In this document: positions 48,800-57,703 of the stretch, piece by piece
Layout of the letters: every line of letters begins with the position of its first letter
Numbering within the stretch: the stretch's first letter is position 1
NCBI GenBank assembly: GCA_048939765.1
Contig: JBHLPF010000001.1
Coordinates: 1 to 64,000, forward strand
Direction: 5' to 3'
Length of the DNA stretch: 64,000 nt
From: Promethearchaeota archaeon
Lineage (GTDB): Archaea; Asgardarchaeota; Thorarchaeia; Thorarchaeales; Thorarchaeaceae
Translations under genes and position numbers: made by a program
The notes under the pieces: model-generated
Seen by the model: the letters and a program-made list of their open reading frames with translations, nothing else
The model's database searches: none
Told to the model about the DNA's origin: nothing

Positions 48800-49720
48800 T
48801 TACGTTCCCCACATACTGTCAACCCACGCACCAAGGCCAGATAACGCACCGGACTTCACGCAGTCAGAAAAGTCCTCGTGCCATTCTGCAACGATGAATC
48901 GAATAAGGTCAGACAAATCGCCGTCTTCCCATCCAATTGCCTCATACAGATTTCTCTCAGTCAGCGCAGTAGATGCACCAAGTTCCCTGGCTAGACGGAT
49001 TCTGGATAATAGAGTAACTGCTCTTCTGGCTGCATGTACATAGTTGCTTATTTCTTCATCAAACACATCATGCGTCAGTTTCTCAGATTCATCATCAAGC
49101 TTCAAGACTGCATTTATGATTCCACTTGATACATTGACGCCACGAAGTGATTTTCTCAGAAGGCGTCTGATTCTCTCGAGAGATTGACGTTTTCGAGTCA
49201 GAATCTTAGTAACTATCTTCTTTTCCACCTCCAAATTGCCGCTACATGGCTCTATGAGGGAGAAGTTCATCGATGAAGGAGAGGCCACTCTCAAGATTCC
49301 ACAATTGTTGGAATGCTGTAGCACTCGATGAATCACCGTTTGCATCATCTCTTCATTCACATGCATTCCTAACACATTGGCTCCTATTGGGATTGCAAGA
49401 AGCCATCCAGAAAATCTGGTTATTCGTTCTAGAGCCAGTCGGAGGTTTGACGAGAGCCCGCAGATGATGGTTCTACTGACTTCATAGTTGTGCTTTTCCT
49501 CCTCCCAAACTGCAAGAAGCTCGGTTTCGGAGGTGAAATCACGCCAGAACACAAGCTTGTGATGGTGAGGGCACAACATAGCAAGGCTTTCAGTGATGTC
49601 ATCTACTAGTTCAACATCTTGACCAGTTACCAGGATAGGAAGACGGTTCATCACGGAATTCAACAGAAGCGGAAAATCATCCCCCAAAAGCTCAATCATT
49701 CGCATTATAGAATAAGTCAT
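48800..49720 (-). CDS. Hypothetical protein, DENN-core-like
   Basis: LLNSVMNRLPILVTG.D..LV......L..L.P resembles the cDENN core; coupled to the roadblock gene. Confidence 0.5.
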   Translation of the reverse strand: MTYSIMRMIELLGDDFPLLLNSVMNRLPILVTGQDVELVDDITESLAMLCPHHHKLVFWRDFTSETELLAVWEEEKHNYEVSRTIICGLSSNLRLALERITRFSGWLLAIPIGANVLGMHVNEEMMQTVIHRVLQHSNNCGILRVASPSSMNFSLIEPCSGNLEVEKKIVTKILTRKRQSLERIRRLLRKSLRGVNVSSGIINAVLKLDDESEKLTHDVFDEEISNYVHAARRAVTLLSRIRLARELGASTALTERNLYEAIGWEDGDLSDLIRFIVAEWHEDFSDCVKSGALSGLGAWVDSMWGT

Positions 49721-50664
49721 GGTTCTCGCCTCGCTAAAACCATTCCATTTTCATTGCCGCCAGCTAGAAGCAGCTCTCTTAGATCGTCTGGAACTGAAAG
49801 GCGCATTGCTTCGGCAGTACTAAGAACACGTTTAATCTCCTCAATGTAGTGCTTGAGCAGAAGCCGCATGAGGCCAAGTTTCTGACCTCCACGATTTACC
49901 CAAAGGCTGAACACTCCGTTTGGCACAGCATAGATGAAGTGCCTTATAGATCCCGCTTCGCAGAGAACAGTCTGAAGAGAACTATTGCGGAGCGTTCGTA
50001 CCACGCGTTCTGATGCATCATGTAGAGCAAAGGACATTGCAGCAAGTCTATCATTAGTAAATCCCTCCAGAGAAACACGAACACCACCACTGAGAGAGAG
50101 AAAGACCGATTCGATATCAGGAATGCCATCATGCACCTGCCGCAATAACGCTCTCAGTGCGAGAGCTTGAGACCGATCAAGTGATATGATTGACCGTGAT
50201 GTGGCATAGGAGGTATCTCGTCCTTCAGCCACAGCGAACCCGCCAAGAACACGATGGGTTTCTTCACTACTGTATGAGCGCAGCGGTGGGAGCCTTCCAT
50301 CCACATGCTGACGCAGCAAGAATGCAACACGAGATAAACTGTCCTTCATCTCTATGAATAGCGCTGCAAGATTAACCCTGGGTGCAGTTGTAACGGTCAA
50401 GAAGTAGTCAGGATCATTGGGAAGTGAGGCAAGAAATACTTTGGAGGTTTCGGATTCCATAAGAAGATACTTGAATTCGCCATGGACAAGACGTGCAACG
50501 CCATAGATTGCACATGTCGATGATGCAATCGCGAATACCTCTTCCTTGCTGAACCAGACCCCAGCACTGGCAACCGGGAGTCCATCCTTCTGAATTAGGA
50601 CTACATTTTCAACGCCTGCAATCATCTTTATGGTTTGCAGCGTTTCGTTTAGCTCGTCAGTCAA
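49717..50664 (-). CDS. Tandem roadblock/LC7 (MglB-like) protein
   Basis: Two units: GVENVVLIQKDGLPVAS..NLAAL and PDIESVFLSLSGG..LAAMS..KLGLMRL. Confidence 0.85.
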   Translation of the reverse strand: MTDELNETLQTIKMIAGVENVVLIQKDGLPVASAGVWFSKEEVFAIASSTCAIYGVARLVHGEFKYLLMESETSKVFLASLPNDPDYFLTVTTAPRVNLAALFIEMKDSLSRVAFLLRQHVDGRLPPLRSYSSEETHRVLGGFAVAEGRDTSYATSRSIISLDRSQALALRALLRQVHDGIPDIESVFLSLSGGVRVSLEGFTNDRLAAMSFALHDASERVVRTLRNSSLQTVLCEAGSIRHFIYAVPNGVFSLWVNRGGQKLGLMRLLLKHYIEEIKRVLSTAEAMRLSVPDDLRELLLAGGNENGMVLARREP

Positions 50665-50777
50665 TCGCTCAGCTCCGGACCTAGAAGATGGTCCAATCTA
50701 GAATCTCGGAGGTTACTATATAACCACCACACAGACGGTGTTCTTCGTGGTGAGTTTGTGTGAAGCTTGGCCAATGA

Positions 50778-52073
50778 TCACATGTGAATTAATGCGGCAT
50801 CTGGGACCTCTTGAAAGACTTCACGGGCGGCTTTTCCGACCTTTCTGCGATTGCGGTCAAATGTATACACACGGATGACATCGAGGTATACCTTCATCAT
50901 CTCTGCAATGTTTGAGTAGTCTGAGAGATTATGAGAGACCTTCTTGCTATCAATCATCTCGAAGATTCGTATCTCCATGGGATTGAGCTGATGTGGATTA
51001 TAGGGAACTGATGGAAGAGTAGGCACATCTACAATCACTTCATCGGCTGGTACATCTGCTAATGCTGCAATCTCATCCTCAATGCTCTCTCTGACTCTGC
51101 GCTTCGTAAGAATTTTGGATACAAAGCGATCTTCGGTGTGCAGGACTTTCTCGAAGACGGACTTGTACAGAATACGCGAATCTAACATGTTTACCATTCT
51201 GACCGCTTCTTTGGCATCGTCAGACTCAGTGGGGTTAATCTTTCTGATTCTTGATATCAATGACATATCATCTAGCTTCAGAAACTCTTCAGGAGTTGAA
51301 AAGCTCGTCAATCCTAAGACACTGTCTGCAGCATTCATGAGCTTGACCAACATTACCTCAACACTGCGAACTGTCTTGTGATAATAGACATTGAGAAACA
51401 TCTCATACCGTGCAACAAGGAATGCTTCCAGAGCGCCTCTGGCTGCAATATCGAACTCTGGTATGAGATCATCAGAAACTTCTAGGCTGTTGATGAGTCG
51501 ATGAATGTCAACAAGACCATAGTTTACCCCGCAATAGAATGAGTCTCTAATCAGATAGTCCATCTTATCAGCATCAACTTGACCTGCAACGATGGAACTA
51601 ACAACTGAATCAGTCTTGGTTTCACGTCTTCCGCGAACTAGGTTGGCTATTCGGTCTTTAGATATTCCACCATCCTCAAGCAGGTCTCCAACCTCGCTCT
51701 CACGGATGATCCACTCAGTCACGTCTTCGTGGTTCCATCCCCTTCGTTCAATTAGTGACTCCTCAAATACATGGCTGAATGGACCATGACCTATGTCATG
51801 TAAGAGGCCTGAGATACGTACTTCTTGAAGGGTCTTCTCACCAAGACTCATTGGGCCGAGTAGCCTCCTTCCTGTCAGACCTGCTAGATACATTGCACCA
51901 ATGCAGTGCCCGAAGCGGGTATGTTCAGCGGCAGGGTATACGAAATGACCGCCAGAGAGCTGTTTTATCCGTCTTAGTCGTTGATAGGGCCTTGAGTTAA
52001 TAACCTTGGACTCAAGTTCTGTGAGCCCGATGAAACCATGGATAGGATCGTTCAGCTCCATAATGAAATCCAT
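50778..52073 (-). CDS. HD-domain phosphohydrolase (SAMHD1-like dNTPase family)
   Basis: DPIHG, QRLRRIKQL, HTRFGH, LLHDIGHGPFSH, DADKMDYL.RD, VYYHK. Confidence 0.92.
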   Translation of the reverse strand: MDFIMELNDPIHGFIGLTELESKVINSRPYQRLRRIKQLSGGHFVYPAAEHTRFGHCIGAMYLAGLTGRRLLGPMSLGEKTLQEVRISGLLHDIGHGPFSHVFEESLIERRGWNHEDVTEWIIRESEVGDLLEDGGISKDRIANLVRGRRETKTDSVVSSIVAGQVDADKMDYLIRDSFYCGVNYGLVDIHRLINSLEVSDDLIPEFDIAARGALEAFLVARYEMFLNVYYHKTVRSVEVMLVKLMNAADSVLGLTSFSTPEEFLKLDDMSLISRIRKINPTESDDAKEAVRMVNMLDSRILYKSVFEKVLHTEDRFVSKILTKRRVRESIEDEIAALADVPADEVIVDVPTLPSVPYNPHQLNPMEIRIFEMIDSKKVSHNLSDYSNIAEMMKVYLDVIRVYTFDRNRRKVGKAAREVFQEVPDAALIHM

Positions 52074-52090
52074 AAGAATCCCTCAAGCGT

Positions 52091-52831
52091 CTACATCTGT
52101 GGGTTGAATGACCTCAGCTCTCGAATTAATTCGTCAGAAGCCAGGTCTGACACGCAAAGAGGTAGATGGATACTGTCTGCAATTTTGACAGCAAGTGGAT
52201 CAAGCTCCTTAACTCCTTGTAATATCACAGCAGCTGGCTTCACTGCAGCAGAAGTGCCAATCTGACTTGCCTTTATTGCAACCATGGGAGAACGTCCAGT
52301 AGAAACGTTCGTGAGAATTGCCGCTCTTTGAGTGGTTCCTCCATAGAGTCGAAGAAGCTGTTGTGGAGTTAAACTGACAATGGCTTTTACACTGTCCAGT
52401 GCTGTGTAACCATAGATATCGCGATCTAGCAGGTTGCCATGTGTGAGGATTTTGCATTCAAGATGATCGACTAGTAGACGTGCTGGCACGGGCAATCCAA
52501 ATTCCCTGCTGTCAAGTATGGCATCAGATGCTATTTCTGGAGCTAGCAGTTTCTCAAGTGCCACGGCAACTCTTCCACCATTGAGGGCATCCATCTCGAT
52601 TAAGCCTTCGACAAATCGCCTTATGGTTTCAACACGAGGTGATTTTCTTCGTCCACTTTCATAATCGCTGATTACAGAGGGCGATACGCCAAGATGTTTT
52701 GCCAAGTGTTTCTGTGAGATTTGGAAACGCTCGCGCCAGCGTTTCATCACAGCTCCAGGATCGTTCTCAGCGAGGCATATCTCTCCCGCCATGGCTTCAG
52801 CCAGCCTATGCAATGCCTCACTTCCTTCCAT
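52091..52831 (-). CDS. XRE-HTH transcriptional regulator with DRTGG-like C-terminal domain (conserved archaeal family)
   Basis: AGEI..., KRWRE.F, SPSVISDYESGRRKSP, STGRSPMVAIK. Confidence 0.85.
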   Translation of the reverse strand: MEGSEALHRLAEAMAGEICLAENDPGAVMKRWRERFQISQKHLAKHLGVSPSVISDYESGRRKSPRVETIRRFVEGLIEMDALNGGRVAVALEKLLAPEIASDAILDSREFGLPVPARLLVDHLECKILTHGNLLDRDIYGYTALDSVKAIVSLTPQQLLRLYGGTTQRAAILTNVSTGRSPMVAIKASQIGTSAAVKPAAVILQGVKELDPLAVKIADSIHLPLCVSDLASDELIRELRSFNPQM

Positions 52832-52956
52832 ACCAAGACTCCAAAGGACCTTTTCTGATAAAGATTTGCGAAGTGATAGGTTGTCACTGAACCTATGCGA
52901 CACCACACCGAAGGACTCAAAGAGAGCTCGTTGCTCAAAGCAATTTGGTTGAAGTC

Positions 52957-53721
52957 ATGTTCTTCACATTCCTAGTTGGTACTGCAGGATCAGGTAAATC
53001 GCTTCTTACATCATCTCTTGAGAAATGGCTGGTAGAGGCTGAAACAAGCGTCACTGTTGTGAATCTTGATCCTGGAGTAGATGACCCACCTTACACAAGT
53101 GATGTAGATATCCGTGAATATGTGAACTATGGTGAAGTGATGCAGCAGTTTGGGCTGGGTCCAAATGGTGCTCTTGTTGCTTGCCTAGACATGGCTATAG
53201 GTCACGTAGGTGATTTGAGAGAAGAGATATTCGAACTTGAACGTGATTATGTCTTGGTTGACTGCCCGGGACAAATGGAGCTTTTTGCTTATCGAAACTC
53301 CGGACCTCTAATGGTTTCAAGCCTTATGGCTCAAGATCCAGCTGTTTCACTCTATCTGCTTGATTCAAATATTGCTCGCACGCCAGTTGGATATCTCTCT
53401 TCCATGCTTCTTGGCATCTCGATAAGCATTCGTTTTGGCCTCCCTCAAATCGGGGTTCTAAGTAAATCTGATATCCTTATGGAAGAGCAAATAGAAGAAA
53501 TACTATCATGGTCATCTGACACCTACCTGCTGGAAGAGGCACTCGAAGGTAGTTCCACTGGTCTTGTCAGAGAATACTCCAGTGCAATTCTTCGTATGCT
53601 TGATGACATCGGCGGAGGCAGTCCTGTTGTGCCTGTGTCTGCAAAGCTCATGGATGGAGTTGAAATCCTATATGGAGAACTCCAACGTGCGTTCCTAGGC
53701 GGAGACAATCTGGTAGTCTGA
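52957..53721 (+). CDS. GPN-loop GTPase
   Basis: GTAGSGKS, NLDPG, GLGPNGA, DCPGQMELF. Confidence 0.94.
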   Translation: MFFTFLVGTAGSGKSLLTSSLEKWLVEAETSVTVVNLDPGVDDPPYTSDVDIREYVNYGEVMQQFGLGPNGALVACLDMAIGHVGDLREEIFELERDYVLVDCPGQMELFAYRNSGPLMVSSLMAQDPAVSLYLLDSNIARTPVGYLSSMLLGISISIRFGLPQIGVLSKSDILMEEQIEEILSWSSDTYLLEEALEGSSTGLVREYSSAILRMLDDIGGGSPVVPVSAKLMDGVEILYGELQRAFLGGDNLVV

Positions 53722-53734
53722 GCGGGGGTTCAAA

Positions 53735-54766
53735 TTGCGGACCTTCTTTGTAATCATATCGGGCGAGGATTTCAACCTCGCCAAGGCTGAGATTGATTCG
53801 TTGATTGAATTAGCAGGAGCTGATGCCAAGGTTATGTGGCTTGGGCAGCTAGCTCAGATTGAGTCAACCTACGACCTCACTGATTTTTTGCTGGAAAGGG
53901 CTGCCATGGTAAAAGAAGCCGGAGCCATAATTGGTCAGGGGCCATTGTCGGATGCATCCCTAGAGTGGCTTTCTGATGATGTTCTCGTGAAATGTGTGAA
54001 ACCAACAGGAACATTCTCAATTAGAACTAGGTCTCTTGCAGAAGAAAGACATGTGGAACAAAGGGAGAGATTGAGTAAGTCACTTGGCGCACGTATCAGA
54101 AATCTGACCAATGCAAGAGTATCATTAGACAACCCAGAAGTCAGAATACTCCTTGTATTAGCTCCCGATAGAGCGCTGGTTTGTATTTCTAAAGAGTCGA
54201 AGCTGAGACGGGAGCTAAGACTTAGAGAACCGGGAAAGAAACCTTTCTTCCATCCATCAATGATGAATTCCCAGTTGGCGAGAGTCGTTTGCAATCTTGC
54301 TGGAATAAAGCCAAAAGCGACCGTACTCGATCCGTTCTGCGGTGGTGGAGGCATCCTATGCGAAGCGGCCCTCATAGGCGCAAGGGTACTGGGATGGGAC
54401 CTTAACTGGCGTCTAATCTTGGGTGCGATTAGGAATCTTACAGAATTATTGGTCAAAGAATCGTCTGTGATTCAAGCTGATTCACGCTGGCCGCCCTTAC
54501 AGACAAAGAAAATAGACTGCATAGTTACAGACCCCCCGTATGGTCGGACCAGTTCCACTAGAGGTGCAAAGGCGAGAAGACTGGCCCAAACCTTCTTGGA
54601 ACAAACGCCTGAGATTCTCAAAGACGGCGGACGTCTATGCATCTGTGGAAGCCAAGAACTGAGAATCAAAGAAATGATGCAAGATTTGGGATTTGCTATC
54701 AAATATCATGTTCTTGTACCTGTGCATAGTGGTCTCACACGCGAAGTCACAGCAGCACAGTTCTAA
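53735..54766 (+). CDS. trm11: THUMP-domain tRNA m2G10 methyltransferase (Trm11/TrmG10-like)
   Basis: PFFHPS, LDPFCGGGG, TDPPYG, VHSGLTR. Confidence 0.88.
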   Translation: MRTFFVIISGEDFNLAKAEIDSLIELAGADAKVMWLGQLAQIESTYDLTDFLLERAAMVKEAGAIIGQGPLSDASLEWLSDDVLVKCVKPTGTFSIRTRSLAEERHVEQRERLSKSLGARIRNLTNARVSLDNPEVRILLVLAPDRALVCISKESKLRRELRLREPGKKPFFHPSMMNSQLARVVCNLAGIKPKATVLDPFCGGGGILCEAALIGARVLGWDLNWRLILGAIRNLTELLVKESSVIQADSRWPPLQTKKIDCIVTDPPYGRTSSTRGAKARRLAQTFLEQTPEILKDGGRLCICGSQELRIKEMMQDLGFAIKYHVLVPVHSGLTREVTAAQF

Positions 54767-55182
54767 CTGTTAACAATCCTTCCATCCTCAGTGGGGGGTA
54801 CAAACCATGCAAGAAACTCATCAAAGGCAGCCTCATCATCAAACATAATCTCTAGTTCTACGCATCCTAAGGGAGGTTCTTCTTCAGTTTCATCAACAAG
54901 CCTCAGCTTTCCGTAAAATGCAGCCTGTTTATCAAAGAAGACAGATGTCTTGGACCCATCCCAGTTCGACAAGACTTTCTTCCGTACTGCATCAATAATC
55001 CGGAGAGCGTGGATGTACTGTTGCATAATATCAAGCGAACTTTTCTCATTTGACATCAACGTCATGTAACCATACTCGTTTTCTTTGCATGGGCTGTCCG
55101 AAACAAAGAGATTGGTAAGGGCAGAACAGACGCGGGCTTTATCCTCTGTAGGATTAACAGGGCATCTTACAATAGCATCCAT
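54763..55182 (-). CDS. UPF0201-like RNA-binding protein
   Basis: VNPTED..V..A..NLF, KQAA..G, PLG. Confidence 0.85.
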   Translation of the reverse strand: MDAIVRCPVNPTEDKARVCSALTNLFVSDSPCKENEYGYMTLMSNEKSSLDIMQQYIHALRIIDAVRKKVLSNWDGSKTSVFFDKQAAFYGKLRLVDETEEEPPLGCVELEIMFDDEAAFDEFLAWFVPPTEDGRIVNS

Positions 55183-55722
55183 CTAGGTAAGCCTCTGAAC
55201 AAGATTGTTTGATTCATTTCGTAGATCTTCTAAGGTTTCTTCATTCACCACTACAATGTCACTAAGCGCGATTACTGCCCCTAGACCAACAGAAATCTCA
55301 CGGAGGTCACGCTCTCTGAATGTAGTCCAGTCATGAGGATCATCCTTTCTGCCACGCTTCTGCAGACGTGAAAAACGCGTTCTGGGAGACGCATGTACAC
55401 AGACTATGAACACTTCTTCCGCATAGCCATCGAACACATCAACCTCGGCAAGACTTCTGCAACCCTCTATCACTACTACTTTTGAGTTTGAGTTTCTTAG
55501 ACTGTCCAAACAGTGTTTAGCCACAGCACCTGGACCATCTCGCTCGCGAAGCTCCAACATGACTAGCTTGTTGTTCTTAGGATTTACATCCATTCCACGA
55601 CGCTCCACTTCTTTGCGAATGACATCACCCATGACAATGATTGGAAATCCAGCATTTTGAAACGCATCTGCAACTTCGCTCTTGCCCGATCCGGGCATCC
55701 CGGTTAGTATTATGAGCTTCAT
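55183..55722 (-). CDS. UPF0200 nucleotide kinase (dephospho-CoA kinase-like)
   Basis: TGMPGSGKS, MGDVIR, RGR.DD, RD.RE. Confidence 0.88.
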   Translation of the reverse strand: MKLIILTGMPGSGKSEVADAFQNAGFPIIVMGDVIRKEVERRGMDVNPKNNKLVMLELRERDGPGAVAKHCLDSLRNSNSKVVVIEGCRSLAEVDVFDGYAEEVFIVCVHASPRTRFSRLQKRGRKDDPHDWTTFRERDLREISVGLGAVIALSDIVVVNEETLEDLRNESNNLVQRLT

Positions 55723-55826
55723 GGTCAGGCTCCCTTGGAAGCGAACTGGTAATCCACTTTACCCTTGCGGTCGTCAGTCTAATATGACACGATGTTTCTT
55801 GAATTGATGGAACAAGGTGAGTCCAT

Positions 55827-56390
55827 GTGTCATCAATTAGTCGAGTGTTTCTCAGTATTGACATCGATGATGAAGCGCTTCTCTCAAGAATTACTCACAT
55901 TCAATCATTACTAGACAGACAATCAGTAAAAATGAAGTTGGTCGAAAGAGGGAATATCCACTTCACATTGAGATTTCTTGGGGATACACCACATACGAAG
56001 ATTGATAGAATCAGGGATGAACTGTCAGATATCCGATATGGATCCTTTGCGATCAGGATTGATGGGGTAGGCGCATTCCCAAGTACTAGCCGCCCTAGAG
56101 TCATATGGGTGGGGGTATCTGAAAATGAAGAAAGAGTAAAAGACCTGAAACTGAACATTGATGACCGGCTTGGGAATATAGGTTACTCACGTGACAGGAA
56201 ATTCCATGCCCATGCAACAATTGCACGGGTCAGGGCTGTGCGTGATCGTGACCGAATAAGGGAAAACATAGAACATCTGGTAGATGAGCCAGTAGGAACT
56301 ATGACTGTCGATTGTTTCAGGATGACAAAAAGTACTCTGACCTCCTCAGGACCAATCTATGAAACTCTATGGGAAGTACGGGCTTCGTGA
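55827..56390 (+). CDS. thpR: RNA 2',3'-cyclic phosphodiesterase (2H family)
   Basis: HFTLRFLG, GAFP, HATIAR, S.L...GPIY. Confidence 0.94.
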   Translation: MSSISRVFLSIDIDDEALLSRITHIQSLLDRQSVKMKLVERGNIHFTLRFLGDTPHTKIDRIRDELSDIRYGSFAIRIDGVGAFPSTSRPRVIWVGVSENEERVKDLKLNIDDRLGNIGYSRDRKFHAHATIARVRAVRDRDRIRENIEHLVDEPVGTMTVDCFRMTKSTLTSSGPIYETLWEVRAS

Positions 56391-56393
56391 AAA

Positions 56394-56502
56394 TGGTGGG
56401 CCGGGGGCGACTTGAACGCCCGATCTCTTGCATTCTGTGACTTGAGGCCCTAGGTCCTTAGTCGCCCCAAGCAAGAATCATACCAAGCTAGACTACCGAC
56501 CC
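56394..56502 (-). tRNA. tRNA-Pro(GGG) with a 32-nt intron at 37/38 (56433..56464), CCA encoded
   Basis: GGGTCGG/CCGGCCC acceptor stem, CTTGC/GCAAG anticodon stem, GGGCG-TTCAAGT-CGCCC T-arm. Confidence 0.9.
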
Positions 56503-56548
56503 TTGCAGTCGTTGTCGTAAACCGATGTCAAGATAAACGTTATTGCAA

Positions 56549-56578
56549 AGTCTATTAGAACACGTGTTCTAATAGACT
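56549..56578. repeat. Perfect 30-bp palindrome
   Basis: AGTCTATTAGAACAC|GTGTTCTAATAGACT. Confidence 0.95.
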
Positions 56579-56647
56579 CGAATACATTAGGTCTGAGGTC
56601 TACACTTATCTACGGGAATTACACCAGAGAGAGCCTGGGATGCGATA

Positions 56648-57703
56648 ATGGTCACAGACCTGCTCTATCATGAGGTGTTCACAAAGCATGTGATATCACC
56701 AGGTCACCCGGAAAGGCCTGAGAGATTGATTTCTGCCATGAAGCATATCAAGGAAACCGGTCTTCTCGAGGAGTCCAAAGTCAGGATTGTAGAGGCCATG
56801 CCAGCTGATCTGGAATTGGTCTATTCCATTCATGATAAGCAGTACATCGAATTGGTCAGGACTAAGTCCGAGAGGGGCGGTGGATACTTCACATTGGATA
56901 CAGCTGTCAATGAATACACCTATGATGCTGCCATAATGGCTGCTGGTGCAGGAGCATTAGCTATGGACAGAATCATGCAAGGTGAGTCTGACAATGCCTA
57001 CGTATTGTGCCGCCCACCAGGACATCATGCAGAATATGATAGAGCCTTTGGATTCTGTTTCATCAACAATATCGCGGTCGCAGCAAAACAGCTCCTTCAA
57101 CAACATGGAATCCAGAGAGTGCTAATTGTTGATTATGATGCTCATCATGGAAATGGAACCCAGAATACGTTTTACGGTACTAGTCAGGTGCTTTACATAG
57201 GGCTCCATCAAGACGGACGAACACTCTTCCCCGGATCTGGATTTCCGGATGAAATCGGTTTGGGGGAAGGAAGAGGATACAACGTGAATCTTGCGATGTA
57301 TCCAGGAGCTGGCGACAAGTCCTATGGCATTGCATTTACCGAAATTGTGGAGAAGATTTGTGAGTCATACAGACCTGAGTTTGTGCTCGTTTCATGTGGG
57401 TTTGATGGGCACTTCAGTGACCCGTTGACCGTCTTAGGTCTGACCACCTCAGGGATGGCAATGATGAACTCACGAATAAACTCAATGGCAAAGAAGATTT
57501 GTGGAGGGAAGGTCGCATTCTTCATCGAGGGGGGTTATGATCTCGAAATAGTAGGGAAATGCTCGCGCAATATAATCGAGGAGCTAAGTGGCTCTGAAGT
57601 CACAGCATACACAGACGAACATTCTGAGAGCGAAAATTGCACGCAGTATACAATGGAACTTGTTGAAAGACTAAAAAAGAACTTGGGTGATACTCACTTC
57701 TAG
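56648..57703 (+). CDS. Histone deacetylase-family amidohydrolase
   Basis: HPERPERL, RPPGHHA, GFC..NN, DYDAHHGNGTQ, EGGY. Confidence 0.95.
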   Translation: MVTDLLYHEVFTKHVISPGHPERPERLISAMKHIKETGLLEESKVRIVEAMPADLELVYSIHDKQYIELVRTKSERGGGYFTLDTAVNEYTYDAAIMAAGAGALAMDRIMQGESDNAYVLCRPPGHHAEYDRAFGFCFINNIAVAAKQLLQQHGIQRVLIVDYDAHHGNGTQNTFYGTSQVLYIGLHQDGRTLFPGSGFPDEIGLGEGRGYNVNLAMYPGAGDKSYGIAFTEIVEKICESYRPEFVLVSCGFDGHFSDPLTVLGLTTSGMAMMNSRINSMAKKICGGKVAFFIEGGYDLEIVGKCSRNIIEELSGSEVTAYTDEHSESENCTQYTMELVERLKKNLGDTHF

